Below, in pieces: positions 27,544-37,765 of a DNA stretch of 64,000 bases. A program made the position numbers and the translations under genes. The stretch lies in contig CAYYCO010000004.1 in assembly GCA_964470365.1 (NCBI GenBank), positions 15,359 through 79,358 on the forward strand, in the 5' to 3' direction. The stretch's first letter is position 1. Each line of letters opens with the position of its first letter. The notes under the pieces are model-generated. The model searched no databases, was not told the DNA's origin, and worked only from the letters and a program-made list of their open reading frames with translations. This DNA comes from an uncultured Anaeromyxobacteraceae bacterium (GTDB taxonomy: Bacteria; Myxococcota_A; UBA9042; DTJE01).

Positions 27544-29277
27544 TCAGAACGTCGCCCCGCGAATCATGTCGCAGTTCAGGAACGGTTTTGATGCCGCGGA
27601 CCACCACGGCGACGCGCAGGCGCCCAGCACCGCGCCCATGTAACGCCAGGCCAGGCCGGTGTCGCATAAATCGTACGACAGCGGGCCGTCGGGCACGTCC
27701 GCCGAAAACACGTCGTACAGGGTCTTCAGCTGGGCATCCGTGCGGTCACCGATCAGCGCCGCGTGCGCCTCGTCGATGCGGGCGTGCAGGAACCGTACGT
27801 CGCGCCACGTCAGCGGCAGGCCGGAGTTGCCGGACATCAGGACCAGTTCGCCCAGGTCCGAGTAGTGCGGATCCGCGGGCGGGGTCAGGCCTTCCAGTTC
27901 ATCCAGGCGTTTGTCCACGCGCCATGCCAGTCCCGCCAGCAGTTCGTTGGCGACATCGTCGCGGCCCGCCAGCCACGCGTGCATGATGGCGGATTCATGG
28001 AAAGAACGCTGGATCTGGTGGAAGTCGTTTTTCAGGGCGTCTTCCTCGCCGAACAGTTCCGGATTGGTGTCATTGTGGATGCCGTCGCCGCAGTTCAGGT
28101 CGCCCGGGTCGCCCCCGTGGAACAGGCGCAGCGTGGTGGCGGCCTCGCATTCGATGTTCCCCAGATCCAGCCACAGGAAGGCCAGGTCCTCGTCCGGGTA
28201 GTAAATTGTGCCGTCCTTGTCCACGGTGGCAATTTTCCAGCCGTCCGCGTCGACCTGCGCGGCCCATGCGCGGTAAATTTCCATTGCTTCCGAGATGTCT
28301 TCCCGCAGCCCGTCCATTTCCGGGTCGGTTTCGTCGTTCATGGGCGGGCACGCGGCCAGCGAAGCCAGCGCAATCATCATGTGGCCGATGTCGTCCTTCG
28401 AACGTTTGTTTTTTGCGTAAATGTCGCCCCAGTAAGGGTTGTCGGGGACGTGGACGTATTCGCACGCGCCGTTGTCCATGCCCGGCCAGTTCAGCGAATA
28501 GTCGATCGAGTATTCATGCCCGTCCTGCGCGTAATCAATCAGGACGCCGCCCGTGTCGGCAGTGGCGGGCCTGGGGTATGACGCGCGCGACAGGACCTGC
28601 GTGTTTTCCCATTCCGGGAAGGTCGGGCTGCGGAAGGTCATCGCCCAGGAATTGAAACCGCGGACAATGCGGCGCACCAGTCCGAAGTCGCGGGCCCGGC
28701 CGTCCAGCGCCGCCGCGTAGCACGCACCGACCAGCATCGGGCCGGTCCGCATGCCGTTGTTGTCTGCGCCGTCGGGCGAATGCGTGAAAGTCACCCTGCC
28801 GTCCAGTTTGGACATTGTGATCCCGGACCACCAGGTGCCGTACCAGTAAGGGCCATCGCCCCCTTCGGGCGGGCGTGGCAGGCCGTGAATGCGTTCGTCG
28901 AGCACGTCGAAGTACCGCGTTTTCTGCAGGATGTCGATGTACACCGCCGTCACGCGGTCGATTTCTTCCTGGGTGACCGGTTCGCCGCGGTCCGGCCGCA
29001 CGTACGTTTCGGGCCCGGTGTCGCCGGGAATGTCGGTGTTGATGGTGTCTTCGCCGGGGATGTCAACGCCCGAGTCCGCCACGGCGTCGTCGATCGTGTC
29101 CGATGCGTCCCGTCCGGCGTCAACCGGCGCCCCGTCGTCCGCGATGACGGTGTCTTCAATCGCGTCCGGAACGCCGTTATCGGCGACCGCAAGATCGTCG
29201 CCGGGCTGGCCGCCGCCGCAGCCGGCCGGGGCCAGCAGAATCAGGGAAGCCGCGAATATCCAGTATTTCTGACGCAT
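27544..29277 (-). CDS. Hypothetical lipoprotein (~577 aa) with acidic N-terminal linker
   Basis: Lipobox LAPAGC followed by Asp-rich spacer. Long open frame with GC3-biased codons. Confidence 0.65.
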   Translation of the reverse strand: MRQKYWIFAASLILLAPAGCGGGQPGDDLAVADNGVPDAIEDTVIADDGAPVDAGRDASDTIDDAVADSGVDIPGEDTINTDIPGDTGPETYVRPDRGEPVTQEEIDRVTAVYIDILQKTRYFDVLDERIHGLPRPPEGGDGPYWYGTWWSGITMSKLDGRVTFTHSPDGADNNGMRTGPMLVGACYAAALDGRARDFGLVRRIVRGFNSWAMTFRSPTFPEWENTQVLSRASYPRPATADTGGVLIDYAQDGHEYSIDYSLNWPGMDNGACEYVHVPDNPYWGDIYAKNKRSKDDIGHMMIALASLAACPPMNDETDPEMDGLREDISEAMEIYRAWAAQVDADGWKIATVDKDGTIYYPDEDLAFLWLDLGNIECEAATTLRLFHGGDPGDLNCGDGIHNDTNPELFGEEDALKNDFHQIQRSFHESAIMHAWLAGRDDVANELLAGLAWRVDKRLDELEGLTPPADPHYSDLGELVLMSGNSGLPLTWRDVRFLHARIDEAHAALIGDRTDAQLKTLYDVFSADVPDGPLSYDLCDTGLAWRYMGAVLGACASPWWSAASKPFLNCDMIRGATF

Positions 29278-29441
29278 GAGGGGACTCCATCCAGGCAATT
29301 TCAGCGAAAGGTCCGACCATCGGAACACGGGGCAATCTTAATATGAATCCCTGTTTCCCGCGCCTGCGGATTTCGCGCCGCCCTTGACTGATTCGGTGTC
29401 CGGACGGAACATCTGCACCGGAATTCATCCGGGGTGTCCCG

Positions 29442-30254
29442 ATGCCAATGGCAAGGGTGAACGGTGTCGATCTTCATTACATTGAACACGGCCATGGTCC
29501 GCTGAATGTAATCATGGGGCACGGGCTCCTGGTTTCGTCCAGCATGTGGCGCGACGATTACTTCCCGCGCTTCCCGGAAAGCTGGCACGTGTACGCGCTG
29601 GACCTGCGGGCGCACGGCGGGTCGTCCGGCGTACAGACCGGGTTCACGTTCAGGCAGATGGCGGACGACATATCGGCCTTCGCGCGCGCCATGGGCTTCG
29701 ACCGGTACGTGTATGTCGGGATTTCCATGAGCGGCGGCGTCGGCGTGCAGCTTGCGCTGAACCACACGGCCGACCTGCATGGGCTGGTCCTGATATCGCC
29801 GGTCACCGGGCTGGGACCGCTCGCGGGGCCTCTGACATCCTTTTTCGGTCCATTGATGGCCGGGAAACGTCCCCTGGTGAAGAAGGCCATGGAAGCGTCG
29901 TTCATGCGCGAACGCGATCCCGCCGTCGTCGAAGCCATGACCGACGAGGGCATGCTGGTCACGCGGGCGGCCCTGAAGGAATTCCTGGGCCCGAAGAACA
30001 TCATTGATGGCCTCGATCGTCTTGGATCGCTGCCGTTCCGTTCCATGGTGATGATCGCTGAAAAGGATACGGTCCTGCCGGTTGACCTGCAGCACGAACT
30101 GGCCGCGCGTCTTCCGAACTGCCGCAAGGTGTTCCTGCCCGGAATGGGGCATGGATCGATTGCCGAGGAACCCGATCTGTACGCCGGTCACATCGTGAAT
30201 TTCATCAACAGCCTGGCCGATCTTCATGCGCCGGACGTACCCCCCGCGGGGTGA
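29442..30254 (+). CDS. Alpha/beta hydrolase
   Basis: HGL, DLRAHGGS, GISMSG nucleophile elbow, AEKD, GMGH. Confidence 0.88.
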   Translation: MPMARVNGVDLHYIEHGHGPLNVIMGHGLLVSSSMWRDDYFPRFPESWHVYALDLRAHGGSSGVQTGFTFRQMADDISAFARAMGFDRYVYVGISMSGGVGVQLALNHTADLHGLVLISPVTGLGPLAGPLTSFFGPLMAGKRPLVKKAMEASFMRERDPAVVEAMTDEGMLVTRAALKEFLGPKNIIDGLDRLGSLPFRSMVMIAEKDTVLPVDLQHELAARLPNCRKVFLPGMGHGSIAEEPDLYAGHIVNFINSLADLHAPDVPPAG

Positions 30255-30274
30255 CTGCCGGATCGCGGTGGACG

Positions 30275-31243
30275 TCAGACGACCTGAAACGTGGTCACGA
30301 TCGCGTCGGTGTTGCGGCGAACCATTCCCATTCCTTCCAGGTAGAGCAGGTGGGCCAGCGCCTCGCCGACCGCGAACCATTTCTGCGTCAGGGGGAATTC
30401 GTCCCACGACGCCGCGCGGATATCCCACGTCATGCGCGCGGCGACGTCATATGCCGACAGCGGGCCGTGACCCAGGATGCCGAGGGCCTCGCGCGCCCGT
30501 TCGTCGTGATGCGCGATCAGTTCGTCCACCCGCCCGGCCAGGTCGGCAAACGGCGTGCGGTGACCAGGCAGGACCATGTCGACCGGCAGGTCCCTGACGC
30601 GCGCCAGGCTGGCGAGAAACTGTTTGAGAGCGTTGTCTTCCCACGCCCATGATTCGATATGGGGCGTGATGTCGCCCAGGACGTGGTCGCCGGAAAACAG
30701 TACCCGTCGATCGGGTTCGTACAGGCAGACATGCCCCCAGGTATGCCCAGGCGTGACGACGCAGCGCAGACGCCAGTCGCCCACCGTGATGACGTCGCCG
30801 TCGTCGACCAGCGTCAGTTCCGGAACGTTTTCGGGTTTGTACTTGATTCCGGGGTGCGCCGTCAGGGCATCTTTGAGTTCTTCAGGGTCGAAACCGTTCG
30901 CGATCGCGAATCCCATCACGTGGCGCCAGTCGATGCCGCCATTGAAGAAGCGGGCCTCGACGCGGCCCATGTATATGCGGGCGCCCGGCGCGGCCAGCCG
31001 GCCAACCAGACCGGTGTGATCCGAATGCAGGTGGGTCAGCACGAAGTCGGCGTTCGACAGGTCCACCCCGATTTCGGCCAGGCCGGCCTGCATGGCATCG
31101 AAACACGCGGTCCGGTTGAATCCGGTATCGATGACCAGGCTGCGGCCGCCGTCGCGCACGACCCACGAATTCAGTTCCTTAAGCGGGTTGTTCGGCAGAG
31201 GAACCCTGATTCGGAAGACGTCGGGGACAACCTGTTCAATCAT
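30275..31243 (-). CDS. MBL-fold metallo-hydrolase
   Basis: IDTG, THLHSDHTG, TPGHTWGH, SGDHVL, LPGH. Confidence 0.9.
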   Translation of the reverse strand: MIEQVVPDVFRIRVPLPNNPLKELNSWVVRDGGRSLVIDTGFNRTACFDAMQAGLAEIGVDLSNADFVLTHLHSDHTGLVGRLAAPGARIYMGRVEARFFNGGIDWRHVMGFAIANGFDPEELKDALTAHPGIKYKPENVPELTLVDDGDVITVGDWRLRCVVTPGHTWGHVCLYEPDRRVLFSGDHVLGDITPHIESWAWEDNALKQFLASLARVRDLPVDMVLPGHRTPFADLAGRVDELIAHHDERAREALGILGHGPLSAYDVAARMTWDIRAASWDEFPLTQKWFAVGEALAHLLYLEGMGMVRRNTDAIVTTFQVV

Positions 31244-31351
31244 GCGTTCACCGCTTCGAAACCTTCGGGACTGAAAGCCAGATTAGCACCCGGGACCGTG
31301 GCGTTCAAATGTTCGTGTAGAATGGCCCCGGGATTTCACGGGCCTGGCGTG

Positions 31352-31693
31352 ATGGCGGGGCGCGGCGGAAAAAGGGCGGCGCGGGAACAGCGGACCGTCG
31401 AAACGATGATCGGCATGTACTGCCGAGGCGCGCACGGCACCGGTACCGGCATGTGTCCGGTCTGCACGGAACTGGTCGAATATGCCCGTCGCCGCGTCGA
31501 ACGCTGCCCCTTGATCGCGGAAAAGCCGGCCTGCAGCAAGTGCCCGGTACACTGTTATTCGCCGGAAATGCGCCGGCGGATTCGCGAAGTGATGCGTTAC
31601 GCCGGCCCGCGGATGACATACCGCCACCCGGTCATGGCGTGGTTCCACCTGCTGGACACGCTCCGTCCCTTCCGTCCCCGCACGGGAAAGTGA
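31352..31693 (+). CDS. YgbA-like (nitrous oxide-stimulated promoter family) Cys-rich protein
   Basis: REQRTVETMIGMYC..C..C..YA..R..CP..KPAC.KCPVHCY..EVMRYAGPRM. Confidence 0.82.
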   Translation: MAGRGGKRAAREQRTVETMIGMYCRGAHGTGTGMCPVCTELVEYARRRVERCPLIAEKPACSKCPVHCYSPEMRRRIREVMRYAGPRMTYRHPVMAWFHLLDTLRPFRPRTGK

Positions 31694-31724
31694 CGTTGCC
31701 GGTTTACCGCCAGCAGCACCGGGT

Positions 31725-32093
31725 TCAGTCTTCGGGATGTGGCGTCCGCCTGGCCGACTTGTGGGCGGAATGGATCTTTTTTGATTCGAGGCGGCGTTGC
31801 ACCGACCCGAGAGTGGGGCGGCCTGGACGACGCCTGCGGGGAACGTGGTTCCTTGCCGTAAGGATCACGACCAGCCTTTCAAACGCGGCTTCCAGGTTTT
31901 GGGGCTGGGAACGGCGTTCAGTCGCCATGATGACAGTGCCCGATGGCAGGTGGGTAAGCCGCACGCCGGTCTCGCGTTTGTTGCGATGCTGGCCGCCCGG
32001 GCCGCTGTCCTTCACGAATTCCACCGTGCATTCCGTCTCCAGCGTCTCGCGGTCGACCGGATATGGCGGGGGTCTGCGAAGGGTTTCTTCCAT
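31725..32093 (-). CDS. arfB: Release-factor-like ribosome rescue protein (ArfB/YaeJ-type)
   Basis: SGPGGQHRNK GGQ loop, ATERRSQ..N, basic C-tail RRLESKK..K..RR. Confidence 0.75.
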   Translation of the reverse strand: MEETLRRPPPYPVDRETLETECTVEFVKDSGPGGQHRNKRETGVRLTHLPSGTVIMATERRSQPQNLEAAFERLVVILTARNHVPRRRRPGRPTLGSVQRRLESKKIHSAHKSARRTPHPED

Positions 32094-32099
32094 GATGCC

Positions 32100-32564
32100 T
32101 CAGCACATCGCCTTCATCGCCGGCGCGATCAGCTTGGCGACATCTTCCAGGAACGCTTCCTCGGGCGGCCCGAACCGGCCGGCCACCGTGCAGTCGATGT
32201 CGATCTGGCCGACTATCCCGGCCGTCGCCGGGTCCCGGACCAGTACGACGATTTCGGACCTGGTTTCCAGGTTGCACGCCAGGTAGTTGTCCAGTTCGCG
32301 CACGTCGTCGACAAGCTGGTTGCGGCCGGTGGCCACCGCGGTGCCGCATACGCCGCGCCCCACCGGTATGCGCACGTGGTCGGTGTCCGGGCCGACGAAA
32401 GGCCCGAGGTGCAATTCGTTGTCGCGCAGGATGTAAACGCCGACCCAGTAAAATTCGGGGAAGGCGTCCTTGATCGCCTGCATGACCGCCAGGAGCGTGG
32501 CGGCAGGTCCGTCGGCCGCACTGGCGATGCGGGCGATGCGTTCGAGCAGGTCGTGATCGATCAT
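32100..32564 (-). CDS. GAF-domain protein, free methionine-R-sulfoxide reductase-like
   Basis: WVGVY, LGPFVG, GRGVCGTA, YLAC..RSEIVV, IDID. Confidence 0.82.
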   Translation of the reverse strand: MIDHDLLERIARIASAADGPAATLLAVMQAIKDAFPEFYWVGVYILRDNELHLGPFVGPDTDHVRIPVGRGVCGTAVATGRNQLVDDVRELDNYLACNLETRSEIVVLVRDPATAGIVGQIDIDCTVAGRFGPPEEAFLEDVAKLIAPAMKAMC

Positions 32565-32640
32565 TTATGACTCCGGAACGGGCGAATATGATTCGCTCCT
32601 ACAAGGACACGGGCGAATGTGATTCGCCCCTACAGGGCCG

Positions 32641-33237
32641 TCATTCGCCGGCGCAACCCTGGCGGTTGATGCAGGCGTTGCACTTGTCCACGAATTCTTC
32701 CGTCGGGTCGGGTTCAGCCGACAGCTTGCAGAAGCCGTCCATCATCAGGAAGCGGTTGTGAGTATTTTCGCCCAGGGCCTGGTAGTGCGGGTCGCATATG
32801 AATCGGCCCCAGACCACGTAATCCTTGCCCGGATGCATGCCATAGCAGAAGATCCCGCAGTTGGAACCTTCGCACCAGGCGCTCTTGCCGGTGCTGTTTA
32901 TGAAGGTGATGCCAGCTTCTTCGGTATCCGGATTGCCAAACCCGAGATCGGCGGCCGCGCAGTTGCAGCATTCGCAGTCCCACGGGCATTCCGACAGATC
33001 TTCAACTACATTGACCACGTTGACCGTGCCGCGGAACATCACGTAACCGTCGGCCCACTGGCACGCGACGGCGTCTGAAGCGTTCATTACGTCGTCCAGG
33101 TCGACGATTCTGAATTCCGCGGGCAGTTCGCACTCGCCAAGCAGGGAAAGGTCGCCCAGTTCCGCCAGCCTGTCGCCCGAACATGCGTCGAGGGCGGTCG
33201 CGCAGACCAGAATAATAATGGCAATGTGTTTTTTCAT
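32641..33237 (-). CDS. Cys-rich lipoprotein, tandem paralog A
   Basis: Lipobox ALDAC. Shares LGECELP, MFRGTV, CCNC, CEG..C..FCY, DYVVWG and GFCKLS with 33316-33903. Confidence 0.7.
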   Translation of the reverse strand: MKKHIAIIILVCATALDACSGDRLAELGDLSLLGECELPAEFRIVDLDDVMNASDAVACQWADGYVMFRGTVNVVNVVEDLSECPWDCECCNCAAADLGFGNPDTEEAGITFINSTGKSAWCEGSNCGIFCYGMHPGKDYVVWGRFICDPHYQALGENTHNRFLMMDGFCKLSAEPDPTEEFVDKCNACINRQGCAGE

Positions 33238-33264
33238 TCTGAACGGTTCCGTTCCGGATGCGGG

Positions 33265-33293
33265 ATTCTATCAATCGGGCCGGGCGGGCTCAA
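33265..33293 (-). promoter_or_regulatory. Sigma-70-like promoter of paralog A
   Basis: TTGAGC-N17-TAGAAT on the minus strand. Confidence 0.65.
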
Positions 33294-33315
33294 GCCTGCA
33301 ATGAATGGGCTTGCT

Positions 33316-33903
33316 TCAGAGGTAGCCGCAGTTGCCGTTCGGGTTCGTGAAGCGTTCGGTCGGGGTGGCGTCGGTTGACAGCTTGCAGAAACCTTTCAGG
33401 CGAAGGCTTCTGTCATAGGTGAACCCGGCGGTCGACCCATGCGCGCCGCACTGGAATTCGCCCCATACGACATAGTCGTGGTCTTCATGCAGGTCATAGC
33501 AGAACAGGTCGCAGTCGTTGCCCTCGCAATACACGTCCAGGTCGGCAATGTCGTTGAAGATGGCAATTTCTGTATCGGCAGAATTCTGGTCCTTGAAGAC
33601 GAAATCAGCGTACGTGCAGTTGCAGCAGGGGTTTTCTTCACTGCAGCCGATCGTGGTCGTCATGATCTGGCTGAGCTTCACAGTTCCCCTGAACATGACT
33701 TTCTGTCCTTCGTGCGAACACGCCTGTTCATCGGTGGCCGTCAGCACTTCGTCCAGGCCGACAACCGTGTAACCGTCAGGCAGTTCGCATTCGCCAAGAA
33801 GGGCCAGATCACCCAGGGCGGTCAGGTCGTTCCCGTCACCGCATGCGGTCAGCGAAACTGCCAGCGCGATCGCGGGAAGCATAGTTGCGACAGTCCTTTT
33901 CAT
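33316..33903 (-). CDS. Cys-rich lipoprotein, tandem paralog B
   Basis: Lipobox SLTAC, GGAGG SD, same Cys framework as paralog A. Confidence 0.7.
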   Translation of the reverse strand: MKRTVATMLPAIALAVSLTACGDGNDLTALGDLALLGECELPDGYTVVGLDEVLTATDEQACSHEGQKVMFRGTVKLSQIMTTTIGCSEENPCCNCTYADFVFKDQNSADTEIAIFNDIADLDVYCEGNDCDLFCYDLHEDHDYVVWGEFQCGAHGSTAGFTYDRSLRLKGFCKLSTDATPTERFTNPNGNCGYL

Positions 33904-33929
33904 AGCGGACCTCCAATTCAGGATGCACA

Positions 33930-33958
33930 AGTCTATGAATCGGCCCGGCCGGGTTCAA
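33930..33958 (-). promoter_or_regulatory. Sigma-70-like promoter of paralog B
   Basis: TTGAAC-N17-TAGACT. Spacer ccggccgggccgattca is nearly identical to that of paralog A (ccgcccggcccgattga). Confidence 0.65.
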
Positions 33959-33993
33959 GCCAATATGGCAGATCGGTGACAAAACCCGATCGG

Positions 33994-34845
33994 TCAACCG
34001 GGATGGCGGATGAAGGTGCCGTTGTCCAGTTCCAGGAACGCCTGTTCGAGTTCCGCCTGGGTGTTCATCACAATCGGGCCGCCCCAGGCGATCGGCTCGC
34101 GAAGGGGCCTGCCGGAAAGCAGAAGGAACCTGGTCCCGTCCGCGCCCGCCATCGCCCTGACAGTGTCGCCGTCGCCCATCAGCACCGCCTGCCTGTCCGC
34201 AAGCATTCCTGAACCAGGGGACCCGAATTCCGCCGATCCCTGCATTATGTATGCGAACACGGTGTTTTCCGGATCGACCGGCGTCCGGAACTCGCGGCCG
34301 GCCTCGACGCGGACATCCAGGTAAAGCGGCTTCACGTACCGGCCCTGGAACGCGCCCGCGACGCCGTCGAATCCGCCCGAAATGACGCGCGTCAAACTGC
34401 CTTCCCGGGCAACCTTGGGCACGTTCGCGGACAGGATGTCGCCATACGCCGGCGTGGCGAATTTTTCCGCGGCCGGCAGGTTCAGCCACAACTGGACGCC
34501 AAACATCCGTGGAGCCGGCTTCGGCATTTCCTGGTGGATGATGCCCGATCCGGCGGTCATCCACTGGCAGTCGCCGTCGCGGATCACGCCGCGGTTGCCC
34601 AGGCTGTCGCCGTGTTCGATGACGCCCTGGACAAGGTACGTGATCGTTTCGATTCCCCTGTGGGGATGCCACGGGAAGCCCGCCACGTAATCGCGCGGGT
34701 TCGTTGAGTCGAACGCGTCCAGCATCAGGAACGGGTCGAAATCGACCACGTCGGGCCGCCCGAGGACCCTGACCAGCGACACGCCGGCGCCGTCGGTGGT
34801 TGGATGTCCGGTGACCAGGCGTTTCACCCCGCGAATCCTGTCCAT
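33994..34845 (-). CDS. Pirin family protein
   Basis: DGAGV, DPFLMLD, WHPHRGIETITY, QWMTAGSGIIHQE, QLWLNLPA, GGPIVMNT. Confidence 0.93.
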   Translation of the reverse strand: MDRIRGVKRLVTGHPTTDGAGVSLVRVLGRPDVVDFDPFLMLDAFDSTNPRDYVAGFPWHPHRGIETITYLVQGVIEHGDSLGNRGVIRDGDCQWMTAGSGIIHQEMPKPAPRMFGVQLWLNLPAAEKFATPAYGDILSANVPKVAREGSLTRVISGGFDGVAGAFQGRYVKPLYLDVRVEAGREFRTPVDPENTVFAYIMQGSAEFGSPGSGMLADRQAVLMGDGDTVRAMAGADGTRFLLLSGRPLREPIAWGGPIVMNTQAELEQAFLELDNGTFIRHPG

Positions 34846-34917
34846 GTGCCACCCACCTTGAAGTGCCCGATCAGGATAATTCAAATCGAGGATTCAGGTA
34901 TTTCCAATCGTCCAGAT

Positions 34918-34926
34918 TGCTATAAT
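34918..34926 (+). promoter_or_regulatory. Extended -10 element (TGn-TATAAT)
   Basis: TGCTATAAT about 36 nt upstream of the CAP-domain lipoprotein. Confidence 0.55.
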
Positions 34927-34962
34927 CCCGCCGGCTTTTGAAAACCGGTGCGGAAGACGACG

Positions 34963-36066
34963 ATGCTGATGCGGAAACTGGCGGTTGCGGTGGTGTTGGT
35001 GCTGGCGATTGGCTGCGATACGGGCCCTGGCGGCGACGATTCCGGGCAGGCGGGCGATCAGGGTGGTGCCGACGAGGGGGCGCCGGCGGACGTCCTGGTC
35101 GAACAGGATACGGGGCGCGATCTGGGCGGGCCGGGCGATACGGCGGAACCGGACGCGGCCGCGCAGGATTCCGTGGTCGTCGACGTCGGCGGCGACGACG
35201 TTGCAGTCGCGGATACCGGGAACGAAGTGTTCACGACCGGGCTCTACGCGGACGAACCGGACGCCGCGCATTGCGTGGCCGGGGCCGCCAGCGATTACCA
35301 GAAACAGATTGTCCTGGATCGCGTGAATTACATCAGATCCCTGCACGGCCTGTACCCGGTCGACTACAACCCGGAATTTGACGGACTGACGGCCGAATGC
35401 GCGCTGATCATCGCGGCAAACCGCAAGCTGAGCCACACCCCCGGCACCGATTGGAAATGCTGGTCGCAGGACGCGTACGACGGTTGCAACACCAGCAATA
35501 TTTACGTCCAGTGGGGCCGCGACCGCGACGATTTTTCCAGCCTTTCGGTGGTCGATTCGTTCATGACCGACGAGGGCGTCGATTCGCTGGGCCACCGGCG
35601 CTGGCTGGTAGACCCCTGGCTGGCGTACATCTCGTTCGGGCGGGTCGACACCGGCATTCCCGGCAACAACACGACCGGCGCGGCCATCCGCGTCATCAAC
35701 GATGAAATGCAGTCCGTCGGCGGCAGCGGGCTCGAATTCGTGGCCTACCCGTTCGAATCGTATCCGGCGGAACTGTACAACGACGACGTGATGATGTCCC
35801 TGACCGTCATCGGTTCGACCGTTTCCAAGTGGAGCGATGCCAACAGGGCCGGTTTTTCGGGCGCGATCGTTACGGTGACGGGCCCCGGCGGGTCAGACAT
35901 CCCGGTCAGCAACATCCTGTATGACGACGACGGGTACGGCGTGCCCAACAACATCCGCTGGTTCGCGACCGGCGTGGAACCCGGCGTCAGGTACGATGTC
36001 GGCGTGGCCGGGGTCGACGTCGACGGTTCGTCCAGGGACTATTCCTGGTGGTTCGAACTGGACTGA
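34963..36066 (+). CDS. CAP (SCP)-domain lipoprotein
   Basis: Lipobox LAIGC, LDRVNYIRSLHGL, LSH, SNI, SLGHRRWL. Confidence 0.78.
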   Translation: MLMRKLAVAVVLVLAIGCDTGPGGDDSGQAGDQGGADEGAPADVLVEQDTGRDLGGPGDTAEPDAAAQDSVVVDVGGDDVAVADTGNEVFTTGLYADEPDAAHCVAGAASDYQKQIVLDRVNYIRSLHGLYPVDYNPEFDGLTAECALIIAANRKLSHTPGTDWKCWSQDAYDGCNTSNIYVQWGRDRDDFSSLSVVDSFMTDEGVDSLGHRRWLVDPWLAYISFGRVDTGIPGNNTTGAAIRVINDEMQSVGGSGLEFVAYPFESYPAELYNDDVMMSLTVIGSTVSKWSDANRAGFSGAIVTVTGPGGSDIPVSNILYDDDGYGVPNNIRWFATGVEPGVRYDVGVAGVDVDGSSRDYSWWFELD

Positions 36067-36178
36067 ACGCCTGACGGCCCCGATGTCGCACCCCGGCGCC
36101 CGCGCGAACGCCCGGCCGTTTTGAAAAACAACGCCGAAATCTTATTATTGCGACCGGAAATCACGGGAAGTCGTCGCC

Positions 36179-37738
36179 ATGAAGAACATTTCGCGGGTAC
36201 TGGTTGCAACCGTGGCCGTCTCGGCCGCGCTGATGACGCAGGGTTGTTACGAACCGCCTGAAAGACTTGAAATGTCGGCATCGGACGCGTACACGCGCAT
36301 CGCCGACAACGTTCGCCGGATGATGGGCAGCCTGGACTGGGACATGCGCGTCGTCGAGGAATTCCCGCTGATCCAGAAGCTGTACAGGCTGGTCGACGGC
36401 GGGATGTCGTGTTCGGCCGAAATGCTGTACGACCCTGACACCGGCGATCCGATCGGCCCCGGTCCCGAGGTCTGCGCATACGAACCAGGCCAGGAAGACC
36501 TGGTCCTCGCATTTGACGAAACCGGCGAAAACCTGTTGAACCTGCTGCACGACTACGTCTTTGTACCCGCGCAGATCGAATCGGAGGGGGTCGGCGCCAT
36601 CATCCTGCTGAAGCCGGACATCTTCTGCGAAATGTTCTCGAACGGGGCCGAACCGGACGGCGGGGAAACGACCGAAACCGACGAATTCAGGTTCTGCAGC
36701 GACCTGCTGACCGCGGTGCCGATTCGCCTGGACGTTTACTCATACTGGGAAGACTCCTTGAACATCGACGTGCTGGTCGGCGAATCACGCACGTTCGCCG
36801 CAGGATTCTATATCTGGGGAGACAACATTTCCGTCGATGTCGATCTCGGGTGGCTCGCGGGCGCGCTGGACATCGTGAACAACCTGTTCCAGCTGGATGA
36901 CGGCGGGAAACTGTACGACTCGCTGACCGCGAAGGGCCGCGTGGCCGCGTACATTTCGCGCGATTACAACGGGTATCACTACATCCACGGCGAAATCTAC
37001 GACGACGCCGGATTCACGCTGCGCCGGCCGGAAGGCGAATTCGCGGCGGAATTCGACTACAGCGTGTTCTACATCTGGGCCGACGCGGACACGAACGAAT
37101 TCCAGGTCGTCCTGTCGGCGCAGGATTTCGACGCATCGTTCCCGTACGGCATGTTTGTCGACGGGATGAACGCCTCGACCGGAGACCCCGCCACGGTCGA
37201 CGGCTCGATCCGGGTGGATTCCGACGGCCTGGACCTGTGGGCGGTCGGCAAACCCGGCGAGGGGAACATCGTGATCCAGGGCATCGGCCTCGGCGCCGGT
37301 CCGTTCACCGCGTCGCACGACTTCGACACGCTTTTCGGGCTCGAACTGAACCCGGTCGGCGAACACACCTTTGACATGACGCTGTCGCTGGACGAAGATG
37401 GGCGTGTCCAGGGCGTCCTGTCGAAACTGATGGACCTGCGCATTGACTGGAACCTGGCCGCCGCGGCGGCCGACCTGCACGACATCCCGGTCGGAAAGGC
37501 GGACGAAACGTGGCGCATCCTGTTCGACGGAACCTCGCCGGCCTTCACGGTCATGGACGGCGTGGACGGCGACTGGGTCAGGGTCGATGGCGGCGCGCTG
37601 ACGGTGTCGACGTCCGCATCCCCCGAATCGCCGGTGGTCGTGGCCCCCGGCCAGTGCCTGATTGCAACCGGCGACGACAGCGCGCCGCCGCTTACATCGA
37701 TCGCGGCGGGCGAATGCTCTACCGCGCCGCTGCCCTGA
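36179..37738 (+). CDS. Hypothetical acidic lipoprotein (519 aa)
   Basis: Lipobox MTQGC. Long ORF. Upstream TTGAAA-N16-TATTAT at 36121-36148. Confidence 0.65.
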   Translation: MKNISRVLVATVAVSAALMTQGCYEPPERLEMSASDAYTRIADNVRRMMGSLDWDMRVVEEFPLIQKLYRLVDGGMSCSAEMLYDPDTGDPIGPGPEVCAYEPGQEDLVLAFDETGENLLNLLHDYVFVPAQIESEGVGAIILLKPDIFCEMFSNGAEPDGGETTETDEFRFCSDLLTAVPIRLDVYSYWEDSLNIDVLVGESRTFAAGFYIWGDNISVDVDLGWLAGALDIVNNLFQLDDGGKLYDSLTAKGRVAAYISRDYNGYHYIHGEIYDDAGFTLRRPEGEFAAEFDYSVFYIWADADTNEFQVVLSAQDFDASFPYGMFVDGMNASTGDPATVDGSIRVDSDGLDLWAVGKPGEGNIVIQGIGLGAGPFTASHDFDTLFGLELNPVGEHTFDMTLSLDEDGRVQGVLSKLMDLRIDWNLAAAAADLHDIPVGKADETWRILFDGTSPAFTVMDGVDGDWVRVDGGALTVSTSASPESPVVVAPGQCLIATGDDSAPPLTSIAAGECSTAPLP

Positions 37739-37765
37739 CACCGCCCTGAATTTCCGGGATTGGGA

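Noticed and set aside
31283-31309. CIRCE-like TTAGCACCC-N9-GCGTTCAAA
   Set aside because: Only 14/18 match, with a poor right arm, and it is not upstream of a chaperone gene. No CIRCE was found at dnaJ or hsp20.
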